A stretch of DNA of 64,000 bases from Nemertoderma westbladi. Lineage: Eukaryota > Animalia > Xenacoelomorpha. The stretch is from positions 1-64,000 of the forward strand of contig JAUCBJ010006889.1 in the NCBI GenBank assembly GCA_032718475.1, written 5' to 3'. Position 1 is the first letter of the stretch, and every line of letters begins with the position of its first letter. This document shows positions 12,729-23,300 of the stretch, one piece after another. The position numbers were made by a program, and so were the translations under genes. The notes under the pieces were generated by a model. It did no database searches. It worked only from the letters and a program-made list of their open reading frames with translations, and had not been told where the DNA came from.

Positions 12729-13923
12729 TGTAAAAGCTTTTGCTGAATTGTCCGGTTATTTTTCCTTATTTTTCCCGTAAAATACTCTGTAGTTGGTTTA
12801 CCAGGCATAAAAAGGCCGTGTCCTTGCTGTACTGGTGTTTTAGCGGACATAAAAGCTATTTCTTCTGTATTTGTACTTTAGAGGACATAATCCGTAATTC
12901 CGTGACGTAAAAGCTCGATACTCTTGAAAACAGTGTCGCTACCATGACGACGGCTAGCAGCTGATATTGCCACGTCGACGTTTCTTTGTTTCTTTGTTCT
13001 CTCGTTGTTCAGGTTGACCAATCAGAGCGTTTGTTGTCTCTGTGTTGGAGGTATATACAGAAACTCAGTAGTTCAGTGTTATGTTTTTTGCCCAGAGCCT
13101 AAGAACCGGCTTTTGGCACCTCCGTGTTTCAGTTTTTAGTCTTACACTAGTAGGTTTAATTATAAGGACATATATCCTTTAACTGCTAACTGATCATACA
13201 TACTGACTGCTGAAACATTGCAAACTCATAACAATCAGTGTTCAGTTGTTGTTTTATACTGCTATTTACTGTCAGTTCTTCATAATATGGTTGATGAATT
13301 ATTATATTTGGAATAACGATAAATAACCCCGAAACCCAATATTCTTGATATACCGAAGGTAAGAGAGAAGGGTTACAGATAAACGATTGTGACTTATGTT
13401 AAAGTGGTTTGAAGTGAATCTAATGTTATTTGATAGACCCTACATGAGTCAGTCTGTGTTCCTTTTATATGTGACTAAAATCAGTGAAGATTGGCAGATT
13501 AGTGTGCAGTATTGTGCAGCGTTGTGTATGAGTGAGTCTGTTAAAGAAGCAATTCCTAAAGAATGCGCCATATATGTGAATTATAATTGAGCCATATCGT
13601 TGTGAGTAGTTTAAGTCATAACTCTGTTTATATAGATAAAGCGCCACGTCCTAAAGGAACTGTTAATATTCCCGAAGGTGAATAATATTGTCAGAGATTA
13701 TATAATACTGTCAGTCGAATAATACATTAGGCTTACATAGCAATAAAATTAAACCGTCGAACCCAATCTCCCGGGAATATCCAGCGGGTGAATGATCGCG
13801 CACAGATTGGTTTCGACTAGTGTAGTGAATCAAATACTTGTCATAGACTAAAAACCGATTTAATATCTAGAAGACATCTTAATTTGGTGGGTTAAACTGC
13901 CAAAAGGTCTGAAAGCGCGAACA
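12729..13923 (+). repeat. 5' LTR
   Basis: Direct repeat of 28886-30080. CCAAT (13018), TATA-like (13052), TCAGT Inr-like motifs (13065-13134) and AATAAA (13742-13747). Confidence 0.97.
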
Positions 13924-13939
13924 TTAAAGGATATATGTC
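13924..13939 (+). promoter_or_regulatory. PBS-position sequence complementary to the element's own LTR (candidate self-priming site)
   Basis: TTAAAGGATATATGTC is the exact reverse complement of GACATATATCCTTTAA at 13167-13182. There is no TGG tRNA-type PBS. Confidence 0.8.
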
Positions 13940-14297
13940 TTCTTTATTGCAGTAAGCAATAAAGTTGAAAATACCGGTCAACCGGTAAACTTGAACCGGT
14001 ACTTCTGTAGGTCAGTAGGCCCAACTGCAAGAACCGGTACTGCTGTAGGCCCGTAGGTCCAACTGCCAGAACCGGTACTTCTGTAGGTCCATAGGCCTAA
14101 CTGTCCTAACCGGTACTTCCTGTATAAGTACATTAGTATTATTCGATTTGATTGTTGTATACCGGTAGGTCTTAGTACTTAATCAGGGAACGGCCGCCCT
14201 GGTTTTTTATTGAGATTTTACTTATTTCTGTCAAGTTTTATTTGTTTGTAGGCCAGTATTGAACAGAAGGCGTGTAAGCCTGATCAGATTGTACAGA

Positions 14298-14870
14298 CAA
14301 TTTGTAGGCTGATCTGTTGTCTGATTGCTGTTAAGTCTGAACGGATTGCAGTGTGTGTAGATCACCTGTCCGATTAAGTACGGTTAGGAAGTAGGGGCAG
14401 CGAATGCTGTAAGGTAAACCCCCAATTAAAGAATAAGTCGTACTACTGGGTTAGAACGCATACTCCCTAATCATTTCGGAGTCTGCATGTCCTGTAGTTT
14501 ATTTAGGCTTGAGAGTAGTCTGCCATCGTTTAGTCTGTACTTTGTTTGTGTAAGTCTGTACGGGTAGCGTATAATATTTATTTAGATAATTTGTAGGCTG
14601 GATAGTTGTCTGGCTGTTATTAGGCCTGAGCGGATGGCAGCGTGTGTAGATCACTTGTCCGATTAAGTACGGTTAGGAAGTAGGGGCAGCGAACGCTGTA
14701 AGGTAAACCCCCAACTAAAGAATAAGTCGTACTACTGGGTTAGAACGCATACTCCCTAATCATTTCGGAGTCTTCATGTCCTGTAGTTTGTTTGGGCTTG
14801 ATAGTAGTCTGTCAGTGTTCGGTCTGCATTTTGTTTGAGTAGTTTGTACGCGTAGCGTAATATTTATTAT
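14298..14870 (+). repeat. ~290-bp tandem duplication in the 5' leader
   Basis: About 14298-14585 is repeated at about 14588-14870 (e.g. GTCCGATTAAGTACGGTTAGGAAGTAGGGGCAGCGAA occurs twice). Confidence 0.9.
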
Positions 14871-16183
14871 TCAGAGTTTATGCGATTATTCGCAACATTC
14901 ATTCCCCAAGTTTGTTCCTACAGTAATTGTGTTTGTTATACATACCGCTATAGTTAAATTAACCCCGGTACTACACGGGCTGCTTGGCGTAGGTAAAGAC
15001 TGGTGATTTTGTGCATCGGTCACTCCAGCAGATGCCGTGGTTCTTTTAGCTGTTCAAGTATATTTAACTACTGATTATCTGTTGTACAAGTACTTGTACC
15101 TAATTTAGGGTTTAGTGTACAGTACTTTCCGAAAGTAATTAGTGTAGGCATTATATTTGTGTTGTAAAGTGGTTAATAGGCACGTTCGATTAGCTCTATT
15201 AACTTCTAGGTAGGAACACTCCGTGATACATAACGTAGAACCTATAGCGATACGGCTATAGGTCGTCAGGCGGTGGTATTTTCCTATCTGGACAACGCAG
15301 TGTATTTACTACTACTTATTATTTCAAATACCGTAGTACCCTGTCCGTTGTAATAACCAGAATTCTAACCCTTTGTTAGGCTGGTTTGTAGACTTCTTGT
15401 AAAATTACCCTAAAAATTCGTATTTTGTGTTTTTTGTAAATTTTTGTGTTTATTTAGAGATTGTAATCTCAACCCGAATTGTACGTAATTTGTAGTATTA
15501 AGTAACTTAGGTAAATTAGCATTATTTGTTTTAGTGTCCTATAAGTAACACTTCACTGAAAGCGTACCGCTTTGTGTAGTGATTACCCCAGAAATAATAA
15601 CATTTATTTCAAACATTGGCTAAACCCATTCAAACGGGTATATATATATATTATAAATCAAATCTAACGATTTATAAATAGTAGGCCTACCATATAACAA
15701 TTAGGTCTCAATATCAGTTGGACTACTGCTTAAATAACGGTAATAAAGTAAGTTAAAGTAACCAAGTAACCCTAAAGTTCAGAAATTCAATTATTCTAAA
15801 ATAATTGATATACCGGTATTTACGATAGGCCTATTATCTTTATTTCTGTAAATTTTAGGCTTACATTATACCGGTACTTGTAATTAATTCTAGTCCAGAA
15901 TTATATATACTATAAACTGTAAGCTGTGTACCGGTATTCCCGATAGGCCTATTATATATTTATATATACTTGTGCTAAAATTATACCGGTATTCTGCGAT
16001 AAACCTAGTCTGTAATAATACTTATATATACTATAAGCATACCGGTATTCTAATATATTATATATACCACGCTGCATTGAGTAGCAACACCGGTAATTAA
16101 TTATTAGGCTAGCAGTTAATACTGAGTTACTAGACTTGCTCAGACTGTAATACAGCAGTAGACATTCAACGGTATACATAGTC

Positions 16184-16909
16184 ATGTCTGATACTAAGCA
16201 GAACCTGTCAGACAGTATATTAGATGTAACTATCTGCGACTCAGATAGAGACGTACAACCGTCTGGTCGTAAATTCAGTTCACCTCCCACTGTGAGGAAG
16301 GTCATCCCTCCAGTAGTAATAACAGAACCTAGGCTAGTCCAACATCGTAGGTCTATCATAGGCACCCGAGCTCAGGTCAAGCGGGACCAAGAAGCAGCGG
16401 AACAGCAACAACCCGCGAGTCAGGAGCTTGTTACTCAGCGGCCCAGCAGCTCCAGTAGTGAGGATACTGTAGAGCTGACACCCGAGCGCGGAGCAGAGAT
16501 GACGGATGCGGTTTATACGGATCCCCTTCTCATCCTTCCTGCAGCCGTACTCGCTAGGTTATTGATCGCGGTGGAAGAACACCAGATCGATTGGGCGAGA
16601 AGTCAACGACCAACTAGAGATAGTTATGCGGGATACACGAGGGAAGAATTGAAGTCTATTGTCGAGTCGCAATGGAACTTCCCCGGACCCGGACTCCCGT
16701 TTGATTTATCAGAAGCCGCCTGGGAAGACATACACCGGATGGGAGTAGCCAAGGAAACCATCGATCCAGCTGTGTGGAAGAGGTCCGCAGCCGGATACAC
16801 ACAGGGATTCTTCAGCTCTATGGAGCGAGTAGAAAAACAACTGTTTAAACAACCTCAAGGACCTCAAGAGCAGGGACAGCTGCTACCCAAGGAGGTGAGG
16901 TCTCTATAG
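16184..16909 (+). CDS. Accessory ORF upstream of gag (241 aa, unknown function)
   Basis: ATG-initiated, GC-richer than its flanks and not a simple repeat. No recognisable domain. Confidence 0.5.
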   Translation: MSDTKQNLSDSILDVTICDSDRDVQPSGRKFSSPPTVRKVIPPVVITEPRLVQHRRSIIGTRAQVKRDQEAAEQQQPASQELVTQRPSSSSSEDTVELTPERGAEMTDAVYTDPLLILPAAVLARLLIAVEEHQIDWARSQRPTRDSYAGYTREELKSIVESQWNFPGPGLPFDLSEAAWEDIHRMGVAKETIDPAVWKRSAAGYTQGFFSSMERVEKQLFKQPQGPQEQGQLLPKEVRSL

Positions 16910-18083
16910 GGTGGCAGCAACAGGCGGCGGCGGGCTCGTGAGGGTCTGGGGGCACGCTAAATCTGTCCTATAGTGCAAGGGAGTTACTGAAGGCCCTCGT
17001 GTCTAGCGAACCATGAATCAACATGGTGCCGTGGTATCGTCTAGTCGGCCTGTTGCCGTACTGCCAGTCCTGTACACAGTAGGGGTGGTGGCTTAGTGTG
17101 ATCTGTGGTTTATGTGGTCTATGTGGTAGGTCTATGTTTGGTATGTATGAGTTGACCAGACTCATTACTGTCTCCGATCGGTTGCCAAAACGTGTCTTTT
17201 CCCAGGGTAGCACTATTGGAATGGAGGTGTTGCATCGGAATGGGCAGGTTCTGATGATTCTGTTGGTACTACTATTGGAATGGAGGTGGCACCCGGAATA
17301 TCGGCTGCAAGGAGGGGATGGTGGTAGTGTGGTCCGAGTGAATGATACTCTGGAATCTGTGGTTTGTGTGTGTACGTGGTATACGTGAGTGTGTGTATGG
17401 CCACTGCGAGTGAGTGTGGGAAACCTTGCCGGTTGGTTCAGTCGCCGCCGGTTATTAGTAGGACCATATCTTTACTGCGCCCCAGCATACTTTGTGCATA
17501 CAAAGTTATTTTGCCCTGACGGCAAAATAAGGTACTCTCGACTCTTTTATCAGTCGATACAATTTTGTCCCCTCTGATTTTGACCCCGATTTTGTCTTTC
17601 CCGATTATGTCTTCTGTGTGTGCATGGTATGTGTCCGATTTTGTGTTTACCGTTGTGTACTTGATTTCGTGAGCATCTATTGAGTACACGTGTACAGTGA
17701 CTGGTAAGTGGTGACTTGTTCTTAGCTTTAAGCTAGACAGTATTGTTTGCGGAACCGACTTCCCCTCAATACTGCCGGCGAGGCGGGTGAAAACGTGTCA
17801 AAATTCCAATGTGGGTAGCGCAAGCCCGCTTGGGACAAGACCGTCGGTTTGGCTCAAGGGCGACCTTGATGCTCGATCGCTATCGACTGGTCCACCCGCC
17901 GGTTGACTCTCTGAGTTGGCTCAATGTACAGTCAGGCCACAGCAAGTTGACAGTAGCCGACCATCTGGCTACACCAACGAGTTGTGCCGGTGTGATCGGG
18001 GGATTGAAAAGTGAACCCGGGAAGCATCGGGCTACCCTCCGGCCCGGTCTGATAAAAACGGAGTCGGACTGGCCCCAAGGGTA

Positions 18084-20354
18084 GTGGGACAGCGTCCGCC
18101 TCATGGGTGCGCCTCGGAGTCATCGGAGAGGAGCCCAGAAGGACGCAAGCGTTATCAAGTTAGAGAAAGAGTTCTGCGGATTAGGCTAATCTTATCCGCC
18201 TTTGAGGAGGCTTCTAAAAGAAAGCAAGACACGTCGTTGCAAGTTGCCGTAAAGACTTGGTTTCAACGGGTGAGTCGCCAGGTTCAAGGAGCAGCTCAGT
18301 GGAAAGCTCAGTTGGAGGAGCGCTCAACCCATGGAGAATCAACAGACGCTACTTTTTCCCAAGTGGAAAGTGAAGCGACGGCAGAGAAACCGCATAAGAA
18401 GGATGCCATTGACATCTATCTGTCAGACTATCAGCGTTTTTTAGGAGATGACGAGTTGAGGAGAAGGCTGGAGGGACTTAGCCCTAACAGCGAAGGAGCC
18501 AAACTTGTGTTAGATGCAATTGATGTGGATAGGTTAGCGGCGAACCAAGCTAAATTCGATGAACAACTCCGCATCACCAAGGTTCAAGAAGAACAAGTAA
18601 AGAAAAAACGTATAGAAGATAGAAAGACAGCAGCAGCGGCAGTGGCAGCGGCAGAAGCGGAACGAAAGGCAGCAGAGGCAGCGGCAGAGGCAAAAGCGGC
18701 AGCTGCGGAAAGGAAAGTGGCAGCTGCAGAAGCGGAACGAAAGGCAGCAGAGGCAGCGGCAGAGGCAAAAGCGGCAGCTGCGGAAAGGAAAGCGGCAGCG
18801 GCAGAAGCGGAAAGAAAGATAGCAGTGGCAGAAGCAGAACGGAGGGCATCTGAAGAGACAACCCAACTAGAGTTGGAAAATCTTCAAGAGAGGCAAGATA
18901 ACTTTAATAAACAGTTAACAGCTAGTAATATGCAGATGATGAATCGATCTACTCCCAAACAACAAGGTTATACATCATCTGAGGAAGGCGATACCACCGG
19001 CACTGAAGGCGGAGGAAATCGATCCCGCCTAAGCAGACGTAAAAGAACATTCCACCGTCAGAAATTGCCTGATTTGCCTCCAGCTGTTAGAAGGCAACTA
19101 AATAACACCAACTTAGAGAGTACAGAACCCACAGACCAAATAATTACAATAGAAAGACTCCCTACTATAGTAGATGAGCCTGAAATAAGTAGGCCTGTTC
19201 TTGAAATCACCCCTTCGGTAATAGATACACCTGTGCTCCCTGAAGCTACCTATAAATTCCCTCTGCATAGCACTAAGCTACCTGTGCCCCGTAGAACTGC
19301 CCAGGAGACAGTTCAGGTCCTGGACCCCGAGCGAAATATTCCAAATTTGTCGCCCGTTGTCCCTCGTCTGCCCGCTACGACGTTGGCAGATCCCGTTTCG
19401 GCGGTTGATTGGGTAGACGAGATACGGCGGGGGATGGATATTCTCCTCGGAGAGATGAAGGAGAATCGGATACGCTCCTCCCAACAGGTCCGAGAGTTGG
19501 AAGGGACTGTCCAACATTTAAAGGGAACAGTGAGGGAAAGTAAGTTAGAGTTGCAAGAAGTGCAGCAGAATATCGCGCTAGAGCGCGATAAATTAGTAAA
19601 TTTACAAAAGGGTATACCACCACCCCCTGTAACAATGTGTCAACCCGTTAGGTCTGAAGTATCTCATGCGCAAGGTGTGGAGCCTACACGCATTTATACT
19701 GCTAGCGAAGTAGAAACTCCTATAGTGAACCCTATTAAGGGTAATTATCGACCTGTTGATGATGATATTCCCTATAGAACTGATCATAATCCGAGAAATT
19801 TATATACCGATAATTCGATATTAAATAACACGATGGCCCAAGAAAGTTTTACGCGTCAAATGGCTAGAACCGAAGCCCGGCAAGCGGTAAAGGTGGGAGA
19901 GATAGTCAAATTCAATGGAGATGAGATGAAATGGTTACCTTTTAATGAATATTACAAAGATAACATACAGAACTCTGTACTATCTAATGGAGAAAAACTT
20001 AGATACCTCATCGAGTGCTTGGAAGGATCTCCCAAGTTAATGGTGTTAAAGTTTATTGGACATCCAGACGGATTAAGACAAGTTTGGGACACACTAAACA
20101 TCAGGTATGGTAATAGGAATAATATCACTAAGTATTTATATGCAAAATTAGTAGCGCCCAGAAAGTTCATCAGCAGTGGGATAATAGAGTTTTCCGATGA
20201 GATTCAAGAGATCTGTAGACAATTAGATTGGTTAGGTAAGTCTCATGAATACCAAAGTTCTATGGTCATTGGAGCTGTGGCTTCTACTTTACCGAAAGGT
20301 GGGGTAGGCACACGCTGGGATAAGAAAGTACTATATATGATGGAACAACAATGA
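18084..20354 (+). CDS. gag: BEL/Pao Gag N-terminal/capsid part (A/E/K coiled-coil repeats, DUF1759-like)
   Basis: Frame open from 18015, first in-frame ATG only at 18930. KFNGDEMKWLPF...EKLRYLIECLEG...LNIRYG motif. Ends in TGA in frame with the next ORF. Confidence 0.85.
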   Translation: MGQRPPHGCASESSERSPEGRKRYQVRERVLRIRLILSAFEEASKRKQDTSLQVAVKTWFQRVSRQVQGAAQWKAQLEERSTHGESTDATFSQVESEATAEKPHKKDAIDIYLSDYQRFLGDDELRRRLEGLSPNSEGAKLVLDAIDVDRLAANQAKFDEQLRITKVQEEQVKKKRIEDRKTAAAAVAAAEAERKAAEAAAEAKAAAAERKVAAAEAERKAAEAAAEAKAAAAERKAAAAEAERKIAVAEAERRASEETTQLELENLQERQDNFNKQLTASNMQMMNRSTPKQQGYTSSEEGDTTGTEGGGNRSRLSRRKRTFHRQKLPDLPPAVRRQLNNTNLESTEPTDQIITIERLPTIVDEPEISRPVLEITPSVIDTPVLPEATYKFPLHSTKLPVPRRTAQETVQVLDPERNIPNLSPVVPRLPATTLADPVSAVDWVDEIRRGMDILLGEMKENRIRSSQQVRELEGTVQHLKGTVRESKLELQEVQQNIALERDKLVNLQKGIPPPPVTMCQPVRSEVSHAQGVEPTRIYTASEVETPIVNPIKGNYRPVDDDIPYRTDHNPRNLYTDNSILNNTMAQESFTRQMARTEARQAVKVGEIVKFNGDEMKWLPFNEYYKDNIQNSVLSNGEKLRYLIECLEGSPKLMVLKFIGHPDGLRQVWDTLNIRYGNRNNITKYLYAKLVAPRKFISSGIIEFSDEIQEICRQLDWLGKSHEYQSSMVIGAVASTLPKGGVGTRWDKKVLYMMEQQ

Positions 20355-20366
20355 CGAGACCCTACC

Positions 20367-23300
20367 ATGGCTGATCTCATGTCATTCTTGGATGGAGAAG
20401 TGAAATTGCAACTCCTCAAGCAGTCCCGAGAGAAGACATCAGAAAACAAGGTAAGTGAAAAACCCGTCTCTAGGAGAAAGATAACACCAGTGTGTTATAC
20501 AGACGACGGCGAAAGCCAGACTTCTCAAGGAGAAGATAGCGGGAAAGACACTGATAGATCTTATTATGTCAATAAAATGCCTAAAGATCAGGTAAGTAAA
20601 TTCAAGTCTCGAGCAAATGACAGGAGAGAACAGGTAAGAAAAACTCCTCCCACGTCTCCCAAGAGAATTCAGGTGAGAAAGCCCGAAGAAAAGGCAAGTG
20701 TACACAATGTGACTCAGAATAAGGTAAGTAACATCAAACCAAAATGTGCGCTGTGTGACGGGACCCACCATTTGAATAGGTGTGATGAATTTCTAAAGAA
20801 ATCATTAACGGAGAGACGCGAAGTCATGTGGGATAAGCGGTTATGTTATAATTGCCTCAGACAAGGACACCAACGGCGAACCTGTTTCTCTGACATAAGG
20901 TGTGTAAAGTGTGGTGCGAAACATCATATCTTGTTGCACGCTGAATTCGATCGAAATAGTCCGAATCAGGTAAGTGATTCCGAGTTACATGTCCAATTCA
21001 GTGATGTGAACGACACTGATCAATCTGAGATGGAAGGATTCTATACAGACGAGTTCTCCGACGAAAACGAATCCTGTTACATGATAAATACCGCAGTGTA
21101 TCGAGCACTCACCTATGAAAAGGATATAGACAACGACTTCACTCTAACTACTTCTGAACGACAACCATCTTGGAAAGAGCCATCTTCCAATGTAGGGATC
21201 CGAGAGTTTCCTGTGGTGCAAGTAAGGGTGCACGGACCTAAACGGAGTTATGTAGTGAACGCCCTCCTGGACTCCGGCAGCACAGGAACATTCATCGATA
21301 AAGAGCTAGCCGAAGATATATTTGCTGGACAGCCCAAGTTCCAAACTAAGCTCAACATGTCTGGCATTATGCAAGTTTGGAAATCTACAATAACAGCTGA
21401 TTATTATGTAGGCGCGTTGTCCACCCCACAAGACGAACTAGGAGAACACAGCATAAGGTCAGTGAAAATGGTGGCTATAAAGAACTTCGCTACTACTCAA
21501 GCAGACCTTTATAATTGGGACGAGGATGAGAGCATCCAACATCTTAACATACCTCGGTTCCAGACTGATTATCCTGGAGTGCAAATACTCATCGGCCAAA
21601 ACGCGCATGAGGCGCTGGAGACATTAGAGAAACGGCCTGCTCAACCGCAGCCACTACAGACCTATGCGGTAAGAACTAGAGTAGGTTGGTACTTTACTGG
21701 CCCTTCCCGTAGAACACTCAAAGAAAGACTACCGCAAGAGCGCGTCTGTCAGGTGAGTGAATGGGAAGATGATACTAGTGAAGGAGACGATTCCATTGAG
21801 GGAATTCCATACTCCTCAGATAACGACGACATTCACCAGCTTTTTGATGAGGAGAATACCATCGATCTCCTTAAGGAAAACGAGGCTTGGCAAAACCAAG
21901 TTAACTTATGTCAACTTCTCTATCCATCTGAACGAGAAGCTTACAACGACGAGTTAAATGACGTCATTGAGCGTTGCAATGCCAAGACTCGAGATGAACA
22001 TGCTGTACGATTCTTTACGCAAGAGGCGGTAGAGCCCAATTCCTACGATAAAGCCTTGTCGGTGGAAGAGGAAAGGGCCAAGCAGATCCAAGAGACAACT
22101 ACACGTTTCCTCAAAGATCAAGGTAGGTATGAAGTCGGTCTACCTTTCCGCAAGAGAGAACCAAAGTTCATCAATAACAGACCCCTGGCGGAAAAAAGAA
22201 TCGCGCAACTCCATCGACGCCTTACAGCTAATTCTTCAGCTAAAGCAATGTATCAAACACAGCTGGAAAAATTTATTAATAAGGGATACGCGGAGAGAGT
22301 ACCGGAAGAAACACCTGTGACTGAAAGAACGTATTACTTAACTCACCATTACGTTCCTAAACCCGGTAAACCACACGAAGTGAGAGTAGTGTTTGATGGC
22401 TCCGCTCTTTACATGGGTCAATCCCTTAACTCTGAATTGTTACCCGGACCCAACTTGCTTCAATCTTTGTTGGGAATTCTTTTAAGATTGAGACAATATT
22501 CGATTGCTTTCGCCTCCGATATAGAAGGCATGTTCTTACAAGTCAAGGTGTTAGATAGGGATCGAGATAGTCTACGATTTCTGTGGTGGCCCGAAGGAGA
22601 CCTCAACCAGAAACCGGTGGAGTACTGGATGACCATCCAGGCCTTTGGGATAATCTCAAGCCCTTCCAACTCCTGTTCGGTAGTGCGTACTACTGCAGAG
22701 GACAACCGAGAGGCATTCTCTAAGGAAGTGATCGACAACATCAAGAGAGACATATACATGGACGACAATCTGAAGTCCCTCCCATCAGTTGAGGAAGCCA
22801 TTGAGGTCGCTAAGGGAACGGTAGAGTGCTTAAAAAGAGGTGGATTTCGATTAACCAAATTCACCAGCAACTCCCGTGAGTTTCTGGAGTCGATCCCTGC
22901 GGAAGATCGAGGAGCGAAGGATCTCGATTTGATCAAAGATGATCTGCCAGAGACCAAGACACTCGGCTTGAAATGGGACACAGAGCGAGATATCCTGTTT
23001 TTCCAACTAAAACAGCGAGATAATCCAGTTCGAACCAAACGGATTTGCTTAAGTATACTGAGCACTTATTTCGATCCATTGGGATTTATTAGCCCAGTTA
23101 TATTGATTGCTCGTAGTTTGGTACAACAAATGTGGCTTGAAAACCACTCATGGGACGATCCACTTAAGGGGGAATTATTGAAGCAGTGGATGAAATGGGA
23201 AGATTCGCTGCCAGCTATCGAAGATTTTATAATTTCCCGTTCATATTTTGGTCATGTTCTCCCTACGTATTCCTATCAACTCCATGTGTTTGGAGACGCC

